This document shows positions 13,369 to 27,985 of a stretch of 64,000 bases of DNA, piece after piece. This DNA comes from the human T2T-CHM13v2.0 reference genome, Homo sapiens: the NCBI RefSeq assembly GCF_009914755.1, contig NC_060929.1. One strand, given 5' to 3'. Every line of letters starts with the position of its first letter. The stretch's first letter is position 1. Under the pieces are notes generated by a model, which saw only the letters and a program-made list of their open reading frames with translations, was not told where the DNA came from and did no database searches. The translations under genes and the position numbers were made by a program.

Positions 13369-13555
13369 CAGGCATCAGCAATTTTTGTTTTTTTTTGTAA
13401 AACGCTAGATGGTAAATTTTTTCAGCCTTGTAGACTGTGTAGTCTTTTTACAGGCAATGCATAAATGAGCATTAATGTTTTGCAATAAAGCTTTATTTCA
13501 AAAGGTTTAAGCAGTGCCTGGATTTTGCCTCTATGTCTTAGTTTGTGGCCCACTA
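13369..13555. mobile_element. MER58A-like hAT-Charlie MITE
   Basis: CAGGCATCAGCAA..TGTAAAACGCTAGATGGTAAAT..CAATAAAGCTTTATTT; 8-bp TSD CTCTTAAG/CTCTCAAG. Confidence 0.75.
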
Positions 13556-13870
13556 CTCTCAAGGTAAGATTGGTTAATTGGTGTGAATCTGCATAATACT
13601 GTTGCCATCCAGACAACCATAGGTCATAGAACTCTCTCAAGTTGTTGGATTAAAGTCTTCAGTCAGGATTGTGTTCTTCAGTACTCCAGAGGTCTTATTG
13701 CTTCTCATTATTAAAAGGTGACAAGCTATCCACATTTCTTATGTCTCTGGCTTTATCACTTATTTCTACCCAGTGTTAATTATGTTGCTTGAAGTAGTAC
13801 AGCTATAGTGCACAATCATACCTACCACTGATTATGTTATTAAAATTCTCAAAACTATACCCCCTCATTA

Positions 13871-14077
13871 ACTGTGTGTTAGCAAATGTTTAACAATCAC
13901 CTCTCAGGAAAAGACAAACAAACCTTACTTTGTAGTGTTTGATGATATCTGTGGTTTAACCACTCCCAACATGGCCAGTTTCAAACTACCAACATGACAT
14001 CACTCAATGTGGAGGTAGGAAGAGATGAACACAATGGCTTTCCTGAGCCAGTGCAAGTTGGTGCCAGCATACCACTG
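13871..14077. mobile_element. MER63-like hAT DNA transposon relic
   Basis: GCAAATGTTTAACAA start and CCAGCATACCACTG terminus. Confidence 0.65.
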
Positions 14078-16116
14078 TTAAGCTCAGCAAGTCCCCTGGC
14101 ATGGCTAGGATGTGTCCTTGGTTTTTGGTTACTATTTATATTTCTAGAAACTACAACCTTAAATTCTGAGGCTTTCTATTATCCAAGAAGTCTGCAATAA
14201 CAACATGCTTCATCCTTCTGCTAAAGTGTATCCTCTCTTATTGCTAAAGACTTCAGGTACATTTAAAATGATCCTATGCCCTTCACAGACTTTCTTTCTG
14301 CTTTCAAAAATACCACCAGAGGCTTAATTATAACAATTTGTGATAAGCCTACATGAATCAATCTAAAGACAAAACAAAACAAAGAGATGCATCAATCTAT
14401 TTTGCAGTTAAAACTTGTTTGTAATAGCCAGGAGGAGGTCAGTCTGTCCTAACCTGGGGGCTTAGTGCAAACTTAATATAGGGATAGTCTTAAGAGTCTT
14501 AAGAGTTATTTTAATTCCAGTCTTTTTAGGGAACGAAGAGACTGAGCCACTCATGGTAATGTTAAAGTAAAAAGCTTTGGCGGGTATGTGTTAAATAAAA
14601 AAATTACAGAATCTATTCATCAAGACTTTTGACTGAGAACTAAAATACTAAGAGACAAGGAAGGTTCATAGAAAGTCTCCAGTATATATTCAGGATAACA
14701 TTTGGAATAATGAATTTTAGTGAGCATACGTATAGGTTAATACTTTCTTGTGTTATCATTTCTCCATATTCCAGGATGAAATGAATAAAAAAGGATAGAA
14801 AGAATCTTGAAGTTAATTAATTTCTCATTCCTTACTCCGTTTTCTTTAATCTCCATATAGCACACTATCACCAATTTATCAACATTCTTCTAAAGGAGGA
14901 AATTGGAACATAAAACACATCCTTATGATAAATAAAAGCATACAGGCAGGAGTTGTAAATTATTTAAACTTTCTTAGGGATTGTGATTCCAAAACATTCC
15001 TAAGTGAACTGTTATTGCTATTAATCACCTTTATAGCCAATAAATTACGTTTTATGGGTTTTTTTTTGCCAAATGTATGCATCCCTTTCTTTGTGAATTA
15101 AAGAGCATTTACTTAGATTTATCCAATAGCATCTTAAATATATGAGAACCACTTTAGGTTACACTTTAGCTACCTGTGTATTTTTTTTTTGTTTCTTTTA
15201 ACCCAAGTATTTTTTTTCTGAGATAAAAAGAATATATGCTCATTATTAAACAATTGGAAAATATAGACAAGATTTAAAAATAAAACTGAACAATCAACTG
15301 TAACCCTAACATTTGTAGAGAACTACTGCTAACATTCATAGTATGTCATTTAGACCTTTTCTATACACATAAATATTATTAAAAATTGGAAATACACTCT
15401 CTATACAGTTTCAAATACTAACATCCTCACTAGATATATATAAGAGCCTTTCCCTGTACTGTAAAATATTTCAATTCTGTAATTTTTATCTGCTGAGTCA
15501 TAGTCTATCATATGGATACTTCATAACTTAATACTATATCATTACAATTCCTCAATCCTGTATATATAATTTAAAATCCAAATAGCTATGAAAAGTATCT
15601 TTGTAACTCATTTGGTGGCACCTGAGCTGGTATGATTTAATTTGGTGGCAAGATTCAACTGAACTGATTTGAGGCTATTAGTTAATTTATCCCAGTTAGA
15701 GTGAGATATTTCACAACCAAAATATTAACAAGATTGATTATGAAGTATTGCCTGAAAACTTCAGGGGTTCAGTATATGCATTCTAAAATTTTTTTTTAAA
15801 TGGTAAATTAAAAAAAAAAACCTTCCAACAGTCCAAAATAGAAGATTATGGATTTTTTGGGTTTGGATTTTTTTCTTTTTATTGCTAATATTTCAAGGAA
15901 CATTTATATGGAGAAATCTTTTGCATACTTTGTATTATTTCTATAACGTATACTCTACTGAATAAAAAGAAAATATGTGAACATTGTTAAGGCTATAGTT
16001 TTTCAATTATTTGCCAGAAATCTTTTCTACCAGCAGTGTATGAAACTGCTCAGCCTATGACATCCTCTCTTGGTTTAATAATTAAAAAATTTATTTGTTA
16101 GGTGTCCTCTAATTTC

Positions 16117-16852
16117 TTTTTTTTGGTTTTTGGTTTTTTTTTTTTGCTTTTTTAATATACATATTTTTATTGTACTTCAAGTTCTAGGGTACATGTGCAC
16201 AACATGCAGGTTTGTTACTTATGTATACATGTGCCATGTTGGTGTGCTGCACCCATTAACTCCTCATTTAGCATTAGGTATATCTCCTAATGCTATCCCT
16301 CCCCCCTCCCCTCACCCCACAACAGTCCCTGGTGTGTGATGTTCCCCTTCCTGTGCCCAAGTGTTCTCATTGTTCAATTCCCACCTATGAGTGAGAACAT
16401 GCGGTGTTTGGTTTTTTGTCCTTGCAATAATTTGCTGAGAATGATGGTTTCCAGCTTCATCCATGTCCCTACAAAGGACATGAGCTCATCATTTTTAATG
16501 GCTGCATAGTATTCCATGGTGTATATATGCCACATTTTCTTAATCCAGTCTATCATTGTTGGACATTTGGGTTGGTTCCAAGTCTTTGCTATTGGGAATA
16601 GTGCTGCAATAAACATACGTGTTCATGTGTCTTTATAGCAGCATGATTTATAATCCTTTGGGTATATACCCAGTAATGGGATGGCTGGGTCAAATGGTAT
16701 TTCTAGTTCTAGATCCCTGAGGAATCGCCACACTGTCTTCCACAATGGTTGAACTAGTTTACAGTCCCACCAACAGTGTAAAAGTGTTCCTATTTCTCCA
16801 CATCCTTTCCAGCTCCTGTTGTTTCCTGACTTTTTAATGATCGCCATTCTAA
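16117..16852 (-). mobile_element. 5'-truncated L1PA (about L1PA5-type)
   Basis: Minus ORFs MAIIKKSGNNR..IPFDPAIPLLGIYPK and TWNQPKCPTMIDWIKKMW; T-tail on the left; TSD TCTAATTTC. Confidence 0.95.
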
Positions 16853-17130
16853 TTTCATTGCTGTTTTAATTTGCATATATTTGATGAATAATGAGCTTAA
16901 AATTTATTTATATTTTTGTTATATATCTGTATCACTTCTGTTGGTAGTCAGTCCTTTGCTCACTTTTCTATTGGGTTGCTAACATTGAAAAAAAATTATT
17001 TATATAAATATTTATTTACAAAATCATATCTATCTGTATTGTTGATGCCAAATAGTCTAATTTGCCTACTAATTCTCTTTGTGATAATTGATATAGTCGA
17101 ATTTATTGATTTTGCAATTATGTATTTTAT

Positions 17131-17625
17131 TATTATTATTATACTTTAAATTCTGGAGTACCTGTGCAGTATGCACTGTTTTGTTACATAGGTATACACG
17201 TGCCATGGTGTTTTACTGCACCCATCAACCCGTTATCTACATTAGGTAATTCTCCTAATGCTATCCTTCCCCTAGTCCCCCACCCCCTCAACAAGCCCTG
17301 GTGTGTGATGTTCCCCTCTCTGTGTCCATCTGTTCTCATTGTTCAACTCCCATTTATAAGTGAGAACATGTGGTGTTTGGTTTTCTGTTCTTGTGTTAGT
17401 TTGCTGAGAATGATGGTTTCCAGCTTCATCCATTTCCCTGCAAAGGACGTGAACTCATCCTTTTTTATGGCTGCATAGTACTCCATGGTGTATATGTGCC
17501 TAATTTTCTTTCTCCAGTCTATCATTGATGGGCATTTGGGTTGGTTACAAGTCTTTGCTATTGTGAATAGTACCACAATAAACATACGTGTGCATGTGTC
17601 TTTATAGTAAAATGATTTATAATCC
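17131..17625 (-). mobile_element. 5'-truncated L1PA (older, about L1PA8-type)
   Basis: ORF2 C-terminus in ORF 17343-17693; flanking TGTATTTTATT repeat. Confidence 0.9.
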
Positions 17626-17788
17626 TGTATTTTATTTTTAAAGGAGTGATACCTATATTGTATAACATACTCTGTATTGTCTATATGATACAAATTAAGT
17701 GAGTGTATAATTAATATCCTTTATATGCTAATTTTTGCCTACCAAATTTGCTAAAATATGAAGGAGGGGTTATTATGCACTTCTAATA

Positions 17789-17861
17789 CTGTCAACTTTA
17801 TTTCTGTCAACTTTAGCATTTTCTGTCAACTTTATCATTTCTGTCAACTTTAGCATTTTCT
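17789..17861. repeat. Tandem repeat, 4 copies of CTGTCAACTTTA with short spacers
   Basis: Copies start at 17789, 17804, 17823 and 17841. Confidence 0.9.
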
Positions 17862-19081
17862 AATTTTCATATTTGCTATTGTGAGAGCATTATTCAGTAA
17901 AGAAGTTTTGTGAGAGTCATCATTTTATTATGAATTGAAATGTTTTTCAACATAAAATGATTTTCCTTATATAACTTAATTATTTAACTGAATTTTTTCT
18001 TGGTCTTTTCCTAAATGTCTTGGCCCATCACTTTTCTTTTAACTTATCTGTGCTATTTTGTTTAATTTTTTTAGGCAAACTGATTTTGTGTTGAATTTAA
18101 GCCATTGCAATTGCTATGTCTGTTCATTATATTTCTCTTTGATTCTTTTGTTAATAATTATTTGATACTTCTCCTTTTCAGTTTTTAAAAATATGTCATA
18201 TGTTTCTCCAGTATTTGTGATAGTAAATGCCCTATTTTAAAATTTTACTAGTGTTATATTTAAATTATATATTTTTTAGTTTTTAATTGTCAGACTCAAT
18301 ACTTAAATATTATCATTTGAGTCCCCATGGTGTAAATCTCATTATTTGGCCACACTTTATTTCCCTTCTGTTTATCATACCTCTGCCTATCATCATTGCT
18401 AATATAATTTCATATGTTCTTCTCATAATACAGCCTATCAGGACAGAGATAGTGAATAAAACTATCTAGTATATAAAAAATAGTAAATCAAATAGTAAAT
18501 AAATATAGTAACCCCCATTAGATAATATGAGGTTACTATTCATTTTAATTAGCAAATTTTATCCATGGCATTTTTAATAGTTTCTAACAATCAGCTTCCT
18601 GTCAATTTTAGTTTTTAGTGTTGCTATTATTTCATATTTTGTGTTTTTATAAGTATTTTACTTGGAAAATGAAAAAAGAGAACTTAGTCAATCTGATAAT
18701 GTTAGCTAGATGCAAAGTAAAATCTTTCAAATTTACTTTATGCAGACTAAATAATTCACCTCCACTTCTTTAAATTAACTCTCTAGAGCTCAAAAAGTGA
18801 TGTTAAATGTGGCAAGAGTTAGAGGGGTAGCTCAGCTAGGGTTGTAGTTATTTGTGGTAGTTGGTCATGTGTTATATTACAGGGACATAAGGGCTCACTC
18901 TCTGACGTCTCACTTATACTCTTGGGCTTTGGATCATCTTTCTTTCTGAGGAGGTGTCAGGAAATTTTCCTTTATGTCAGAAACAATTAGCTCCATACTT
19001 TTCTTCCCTTGTTTTCTCTGCTCTACAGAGCAACAGATCTCATTCCTCATTTGGCCAGGAGTGTATGAAGATAAGCCCCGC

Positions 19082-19218
19082 AAATTTTTGTATTTTTGGC
19101 AGAGATGGGGTTTTACCATCTTGGCCAGGCTGGTCTCGAAATCCTGACCTCGAGTGATTCGCCCACCTCGGCCTCCCAAAGTGCTGGGGTTACAGGTGTG
19201 AGCCACCCTGCCCAGCCT
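19082..19218 (-). mobile_element. Alu left-monomer fragment
   Basis: TTTTTGTATTTTT..GGCCAGGCTGGTCTCGAA..CCTCCCAAAGTGCTGGG. Confidence 0.9.
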
Positions 19219-20009
19219 AGCTTTCCTTCTATGCATGAAAACTCCAGGGTTGATGTGTTTCTGTCTCTGTTGACACCCTGAGCTGTATGGAGGGACTTTT
19301 TATTCTCAAGTGTATTAGGTATTTTTCCTTCTTGCTGTCAGTACACAACTTCAGTCTGATTCTCTCCAAGTTGGGTTCTCTTCAATAGAGAACTTCTATC
19401 TACCCTACTTCTCAATTTCTCATATTGTGATAGATCCAACCTTCATTATTTCTTGCCTAGATTGGACAACAAAATCCTCTTTACAAATATCCCTGCATTC
19501 AGTCTCACACACTTTTTTCCAAGCTCTTCTCCAAACATCCAGCCTTGTGATTTTTCTATCGTCAAATCAGAGTATACCATTATCCTACTAAATATTCTAA
19601 ATGCTTCCCATTGCCTTCAAGGGGATGGTTTAGCCAAATGCATAATTCCCTTCATATTCTCATACTAAACCATCTCTTTATTAACTTATTCAACAGAGCC
19701 TAGAACATTATATTTGCTAAATGAATATTTTCAGGCAATATGAGTAAATATTTGTGGATTTGCTGATGGTAAATATTCTGTTCAGGTGCAACATTGAAAG
19801 AAATAGGATTACAAGGCACAGGTAAACAAAGCTAGTAATAGAAAAGCAGCAATGTCAGAAAGTAGTTTCCAATTTACTTCCTGGAATCTTTATAATTACT
19901 AAGGGATGGTTCCTATTTAAAATAAAGTTTAAAGAATGAAAAGAAAATTTTCAGGTTTGGTGAGGTAGTAGAAAGGAAGAATATAGGCTTAGTGTTAGAG
20001 TCTGTGCAG

Positions 20010-20232
20010 GAGAGAGGTGAAGTGTGCTTTTAAGAAAGTCAGCCTGCGTTATAATTTTGACTTTTTCACTTACTAACTTGGGAGAATTACCTAACTTCCT
20101 TGAGATTTGGTTTTCTTGGCTAAATGGTTATTACTAGAATCTACCTTATAAGCTGAAAACTAACCCAGCTCATTTAAGAGCTTAACATCATAAGCTTTCA
20201 GTAAAATGTAACTATTAATGTTATTATTATTC
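20010..20232 (+). mobile_element. MIR SINE relic
   Basis: CACTTACTAACTTGGGAGAATTACCTAACTT..AGAATCTACCTTATAAG core-like sequence. Confidence 0.5.
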
Positions 20233-22120
20233 TTAACCTCAAAAAACTGTTAGCTTTTTGCTAACTTTGTAAAAGACAGTTGAATGACATAAGCCATTAG
20301 CTGTTCCTTAGTCTACAGGAAAAGTCGAACTGTTAAAATAAAAATAGAGAAAATAAGCCATTTTATACTCATTGATTTCAAATTTTCTATTTAAAATTCC
20401 CGACTCTTGTCTTTTTTCCCTTAGAGTGAAAGGTTAGACATTTGACTCATAAAATACACTTCAAACTCAGAATTCACTTGTGGTAGTAATAATCATTGAA
20501 ACTGTAACTTAAAAAATAAATTTAGAAAGTATTGCGTAAGGCTAGATAAGAGCAGTCCCCATGCTTGAGGTAGTTCAAAGATAATTTAAAGGCAGGTTCC
20601 ACCTACATTGTGATATAAAAGCCCTCATTTCACTTAAAATTTTTTTCTGGTCCTACTCTCTATTTTCCTTCCCTCTAGGCTCCACTGTTTGGCCCCATTT
20701 ACCAAAAAGATTTACCATCTTTTTGACTAAGAGAGAGAGAGGAAAAAAAACAAATCCAAGCCCCACAACAACTATTGACTGTAAAATTGCTTTCACTTGG
20801 AGGCACAGGTGGAGCAGGTGGAGAAAAGATATAAAAACAAAGAAGGATTGAGTTATTTTCAGAGAATTTATTGGTTTAAGGACACATCTAGCCTACTATT
20901 CACTTTCTTCCATTCTGAAACATAATTGAATTTCAATGAGGTTTAGGACAAAGAACAAAATGTGATGCTACCGTTTGTATTTATCTACTAAACACAGAGG
21001 GCACTTCAAAGGAGTGTTCCCTTTCTCCAGATCATTTGTTTGGGATGTTTATGTGAACTTTTGAACTTTGTTCTTTCACTCAAGTGCTAACCTGAGGCAA
21101 GATAGCACAAAGACCCCAAATTATGATATTATTACCTCTCAGAATGCATAACACCACAAAAACGCAAACATGTTCTAAATAGAAGGAGAAGGTTTGTGAA
21201 TCCTCGAAAAACTTCTGTTATTCCTTTTCTCATGCAAAAAAATAAGATAGGTTTTAGGTGGATAAAACAACAGAATTCTAGAATTTATATAAATTGTTGT
21301 GATTTGTTTTTATTTTCATTGTTGTTGCCTTAATGTGGAAATGTTACAGTCATCCTGCTGTTTATAGAGAACAAAATGTCCTCTAGTTTAAATCCATTTA
21401 GCTTTAATGCCTGAGTTCAGATTCATGCAAGTAAATGCTACATTCTGACTAACTAGAAAATGATGAAACAAATAACACACAGGAGTTTGTTTATGAATAT
21501 GCTATTATCTAAGAATAAACAGTGTTTTTACAGAAAAATCAGACCTTTAAGATTGCAATCTTAACAAGAGGCAATTAGACTTGGTTTTCTTAGAGATTAT
21601 AACATTATGTTCATTTAGAAAGCTTTATCTTAAGTAAAATGGAAATAATAAATATTAATTTCATTGTAATATAATGCAACCATCTCTCTTCCGAACTTGA
21701 CTTCTCAGTTTCTGGCCCTTCACAAATTTCTTTAACCACCAATGTTGAACTGACCTCCCCTAACCTGGGAAGTTAAATAATTTTTCAAAGGATATGATCA
21801 AATCTCTGTTCCTGCATGCCTACATATATCTATTTTCAGTTGGGGTGTTCTCAAATTTCTAAGTTCAGTTTAGGCACTGAAATACCTTAGAAATGAAAAA
21901 CCATAGAGAAGGGTAATTGTAATAAGCTCCTTGTGAGGAATATTACTGTAGAGAAATGATCTTAACATTTTCCTGAAATTTACACAAGCCTGCGTGCCAT
22001 CTCATTACAATGCCTTTTTGCAGCATGAATGTGTTGAAAACTAGGGTATATGCTAAGAATATTCAAGTTTCAAATTAACTAATGAAACATTTGCTTGTGT
22101 GCATTTTACCATCTTCCTGT

Positions 22121-22170
22121 AATTGAAAGTAATGGCAAAATTCACAATTACTTTTTTACCAACCTGATAA
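22121..22170. mobile_element. MADE1 mariner MITE fragment
   Basis: AAAGTAATGGCAAAATTCACAATTACTTTTTTACCAACCTGATA matches the MADE1 terminal half. Confidence 0.75.
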
Positions 22171-23250
22171 TAAGCTCATCAAAGGCATTCTTCATTTCTA
22201 TTACAGTATTTTTAATCTTCAGCATTTCATTTTGGTTCTTTCTTAGGATTTCCATCTCTCTCCATACATTACTTGTCTGTTCTTGTATGCTGTCCACTTT
22301 ATCCACTAGAGCTTTACCATATTAATCATAGTGGTTTTAAATTCCTGGTTTGATAATGCCAATGGCCCTGCCATATCTGATTCTGGCTTTGATGCTTACT
22401 CTGGCTCTTCAACTTGTGTTTTTTGCTTCTAGTATGTCTTGTAATTTTTTCTTGACAGTCAGAAAAGATGTAATAGGTAAAATGAACTGTAACACACGGC
22501 TTTTAGTAATATGGTGGTAACATGTGGGGGGGAGAGAAAATGTTGTATAGACCTATGTTTAGGTCTTAGTCTTTAGTGAGCCAGTATCTCTGGATTGTGA
22601 ACTTCACATGTCCTTCTCATTCCCCAACCACTTTGTGTGGCACAGGATAGCTAAAGTGGGCTGGAGTTGGGTATTTTCCTTTCCCTAGGTCAGTTAGATT
22701 GTGGGAAATAGCAGGTTAGGCTCTGGTTAAATAGTTTCTACTGAGGGCAGATCTTTTTAGGAAGAAGGGAATGCTCTTCATCTTTCTTGAAGGGTATACT
22801 TAAAAATGATTCATTTTTCCTTTCCCCTGCTCAAAGTATGAGGATGTTTTTCTGTGATATTCACTGTGAGAACATGGTAGAGCTCCAGGAGGTAGAACTC
22901 ACAAAAGTGTTGGGGCCTTGATGACTGGGCCCCCTGGATGTTTTAAATTCTCATGCTTGTCTGCATTGAGACTCCAGCAATTATTCATCAACTACAGTTT
23001 AGGTTTTCCTACCCTGGCACTGGGTTTCATGGAGGTTGCGGCTCATGAGTTTCTGGTTTGATGAGCTCTGTGATTCTCTTTATTCACCTGTCAGTCTTTC
23101 CAGTTGGGGTGTAGCAGTTTGCTCTATGATCTCACTTCTCTTAGGATCTAATAAGAGTTGTTGATATTTTGGTTTATTCAGCTTTTACCTGTGTTCAGGA
23201 CAGAGTGATGACTTTCAAGCTTCTTACACTGCTTCACCAAAACTCAGAAA
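22171..23250 (-). mobile_element. Old L1M 5'UTR/ORF1-start fragment
   Basis: Homologous phrasing to 8940-9300 (AAGGCATTCTTCATTTCT.., CATATCTGA.TCTGG.T.TGATG). Confidence 0.6.
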
Positions 23251-26193
23251 TAATTTTGATTTTAAAATATATTTATCCAAAAGAACAAAAAAGATATAGA
23301 AGATCTGAAAACAAAATTATCAAGCTGACTTAACAAAGCTGTGGAAAGCACTTAACCACAAATGACAGAATTCACTTTCCTTCTAAGGCGCATAAATGCT
23401 TAGCAAAATTTAGATTATAATGTAAGTCGAACAAATTTTAAATAATTGAAGTCATTTGGGGCACGGTTTCTGATCACAGTTGAATTAGTTCAATATTTAA
23501 GAAAAAAACGGCCACAATGATGTTAATATTGAACACAATACCAGTGAACCTGATATATCCCTTTTACCCTAAAGAATTTCCAGTTTGCCTTAGCAGGGTA
23601 GCTTGTAAATTAATTAGATATTATCATTGATATACTTAATAAGAAATGCTTATGAAAAAGTAGATTCAAATGTCAGCAGTCAAGGGGTGACTAATTTCTG
23701 TGTAAGTAAACATATATATATAATTAATGTAATTAAGTTTACAGTAGCATTTTAAAGCCAAAATAACTATTAATTCAGAACTTAGCATAGAACTTGGCAA
23801 TCTAAATTATTTTATGATAAAAATAATAAATATATTCCGTTACGATCTTAGCAAGTTACTGTAGAGAAAGATGAGAAAAAGCATTCAGTTGCAAAGTTAT
23901 TACTGTAATTTAGGTAATTTACTTTAAAGCTCCCTTTGTATACATTAAAATATATTTGCCTTGGAATATTATTGCAGATCCAATTAAACAGTTTGAAGAT
24001 CAGAGTGTGCACCCAATTAAAAGATCAGCAGTAGTCAGGTGCTCTATATGCTTACTGTTATTTCTTTATTATATTTGTCGAATTGCTCAAGTCAAAGATG
24101 TCTACCCTGTAATGATTTGCTAATTCAAGAAGTATCATCCCAAAATAGCTCCCCATTGCTTCCCCTATCATCTGCTCCTTATTCATCCTAGTTCAAACAT
24201 TCCACCTTAGATTCAGACCAAAGATTACTAATAAAATGCTTATAATTATGAAGCATATTATTGGCTACATGACTGCTGGGTCTATTTAGCAGTTTAAGAT
24301 TTTGCATAAATTTCACCAAAACTAGGACTGGGGAAATACGGCAGGGACCGAATATATGCCTGGTGGATGCATATTGATTTTAGAGGGACCTAGTGGGTTC
24401 TGACAGTTATTTACGAAGTAGGATTTAGACCTGGGGTGCATCTTGAGTCCTTCCTTTAATTCGTACAATAATACCATCATCATAAAGCTACATTCATAAT
24501 TTCAATATATTACTAAATAATTTACATCTCACACAGATAAGTTTCCGATTTCAATGAATCTCTTTTGATCTTTTGACTCATTCAATGATTGCATTTTTGA
24601 GATCCTATGTATCCCATGCACTAAAACTGAATGTTAAAATTTTGGAATACTGCCTGGTTTAGAATCCCAAGGAAATTTAGACACATGCAATTCATTAATT
24701 CACTCAAAAAATAGTTCAGTGTGGTGGGCAATCTATCAGACATTCAGCCTATATAGAATAAAGTATTCATAGTCATTGCTTTATGGAATTTACAGTCTAT
24801 TGTGTATTCATGTGGATGGGGAGACACATTCATCAAAGTTCAAACAATGTAATAGAACAACAGTGATGACTGCTATGAAAATATATTGGTAGTGGGAATT
24901 TCAGAAAAGACTTCTCTGAGAAAATAATGTTTGAGCTAAGATCTAAAAAGTAGGAGTTAACCAGGGAACTTTCTCAATGTCTGACTAATGCTCCAGGAAT
25001 AATACCAATTCCCTAAAACTCTTAAGATTACAAATTTTAGTTATTATCATTTTGGACAGCATTGTAGATAGTTTTCTATTTTTTATCTAAGTTGGGAAAT
25101 AACATTAATAGCATTTTTATTAGACCATGGAAAGAGAAGCAGAGGGGAAAAGTAAAGCAAAAATAAAAAAATGTATTAATGGCCACTATTTATTTTCTTG
25201 GCTTTGGACTTACTAATTTTAATATTAGGCCAGGCAACTTCTTTGACCTTTTATGGAAGAAGTTCTTGCTCCTTACTACCAAAGAATATGCATTTTCTGC
25301 CCCCACCACTGAATAAAACTCCTTCCCTTTTGTAGTCTACATTTATATTGCCTTTTCTCATCTTCATTGTCATGAACTTTATTCTACCACATCTTAAGGA
25401 CAAAAGCCAAAGTCTAGATGAATTAAATATGATGGGTTGCTTAGAATGTCAGGGTCTGCCTCATTACCATCCTGGGTGAGTCAACATTCACGTTAACGTC
25501 CCTTTCTACATCTCACTCTTATATCCATATCCCCAGCCTCTACTAACCTGCTGACCATTTTATCAACATAAGCCTCCCATGATGATACCCTGGGACTTAG
25601 CATCACTAAAACTCTTCTTCAGAATTTTAAACCATAACCTTTGTAATGTCAACCACAAACTATTTACTGTCCACCAACTTTCTTATTCCTACCAAAGTGG
25701 CAGTTTATTATCCAATTATGTTCTCCCAATTTCCTGGCTGTCTTCTGTTAAATCTTGAATCTACTCCTAACCTAAAACTAGGCTGATGATATCGTCCTCA
25801 GAAATTCCTGCTCTTTTCTCTGCTTAATCCTGTGAGGTCTTTTTGTGAAAGCATAAGCCTGATTAACTTACCCCACATACATTCCTGGGTTTCCTTTCTG
25901 GGCTCCTAAACATTGGTTGAGAAATAACCAAGCCATGCTGATTTGTCTCTTCAGAGTCCTGCTATCAAACTCAAATGGGTCTTCAATGCTGCTCAATAAT
26001 TCTGGTGTAAATTTCTGTTGGACTCTGGTATATTTCCACTATTGTAAAATTTTTTGCTCTCTCCTAAAATCCTTAACTCTAACTCCAGCTCTGCCTTTTA
26101 ACTCACAGAAGGTGATTTTATCTCCTAATCTGTAGAGGTATTTAAGAACTTACATGCTTGATCTTCCTCAATTTTTTGTGTCTTAAGTATTTA

Positions 26194-26526
<333 letters not shown>

Positions 26527-27985
26527 TTAGGAAGAAACATCTGTCCTCCTATATAATAAATAACACACTGGTTTATTTAGATTTTCTCTAGCTCTTTATA
26601 TACTATTGGAATATAGTACACATTACTAGTTGGTTTATTAAAACTAATAATAGTGTAAGCAGTCAATCCAAATCCTACATATGAAATTAAGTATAAAGTC
26701 TTTGTTTATTTGAGGTACATGAACATGATGGTTTACAAACATTTAGTGGATCAGAGGACTTTGGTGCTAAAATCAAGGGTCTGGTGTGGCTTATAAAAAT
26801 ATGTTTTTTCTATTGGGAATCTTCATGGACCCATACAATTTTTTACCCTTACCTTCCATTGCTAAAAGGAAAAATGGAGAAGCACAGAAGAAGAAGAGTG
26901 GGGTCCCTTATCCAAACTTATAATCCCAGAGCTAACATTTCTGAGTTCTATTGTGGAAGGCAAATGGTAGACTGCTTGGGGACAGCAATGGTCTCTAGAA
27001 AACTATTTTCTTGATAAGACAGTCAATCAAAAAGTTTACACGAAGAAATTAATTACAATGGCCGGTTATTTCATTGGGGAGATATTTTTAGATTTGAATT
27101 GTTATGTAAAAGTGTTTTGGAATTTTTCTTTTTTTAAAATTTGCTTGCAATTGATTGGAAATCTTGAAGAGCCTTCATCAAATAAGTGATTTCTAGAATA
27201 AAAACAAATTTTGAGTTAAAATATTTTCAGCAAGTATGCTGCCTTATTCTTTCTACTGCCAGATTTGAAGACTTCTAGTTATAGTATTCTATTAGCTTCT
27301 AAATGTTTTGTATGCTGATTTTTAAGAAATAAATGCATTCTTCAACTGTAAGTCATGCTCTTTTAAGTGGAGAATGATAAAACTGAGAAGAGAAAATTGT
27401 GATCACATTATAAACACACTATTTTTTAATTTGCTTTTAAATGTAAAAACATATTGTAAACCCTTTTTAATAGACTGAAGTATTACTTAGTAGCATTAGT
27501 TTTCGTGACCACAGTACCTTCTATCCTTCATAAATTCATTTAACAAATATTTGTTGAGCATCTGCTATTTATCAGGTGACAAGGATAAGGCAATGAACAA
27601 AATATACAAAACTCTTCTTCATGAAGCTTGATAATATTTTCTTATAGAGCTGTGTTGCAACTTTTTATTCCCTTTTTATATTTCTGCATGAAGTACTTAA
27701 AATTTTTCCCAGATTTATTGATATATATTTGACAAATAAGAGTTACATGTATTTAAAGTGTAGAAGATAGTGTTTTGATATACAAAAACTTTGTGGAATG
27801 ATTACTGAAATCAAGCTATTAAGCATATGCATCATCTCACGTAGTTACAATTTTTTTTGTGGTAAGAAAACTTATGATCAACTTTCTTAGCAAATTTCAA
27901 CTATATAATTCAGTGTTAATTATAGTTAACTTGCTTACATCAGATCTTCAGGACTATTCATCCCATATAACTGAAACTTTTTACC

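Noticed and set aside
15550-15855. Possible Tigger/MER46-like DNA transposon
   Set aside because: Resemblance too weak to call by eye
17789-17861. CRISPR-like repeat array
   Set aside because: Spacers are only 3-7 nt and non-unique; eukaryotic context; simple tandem repeat
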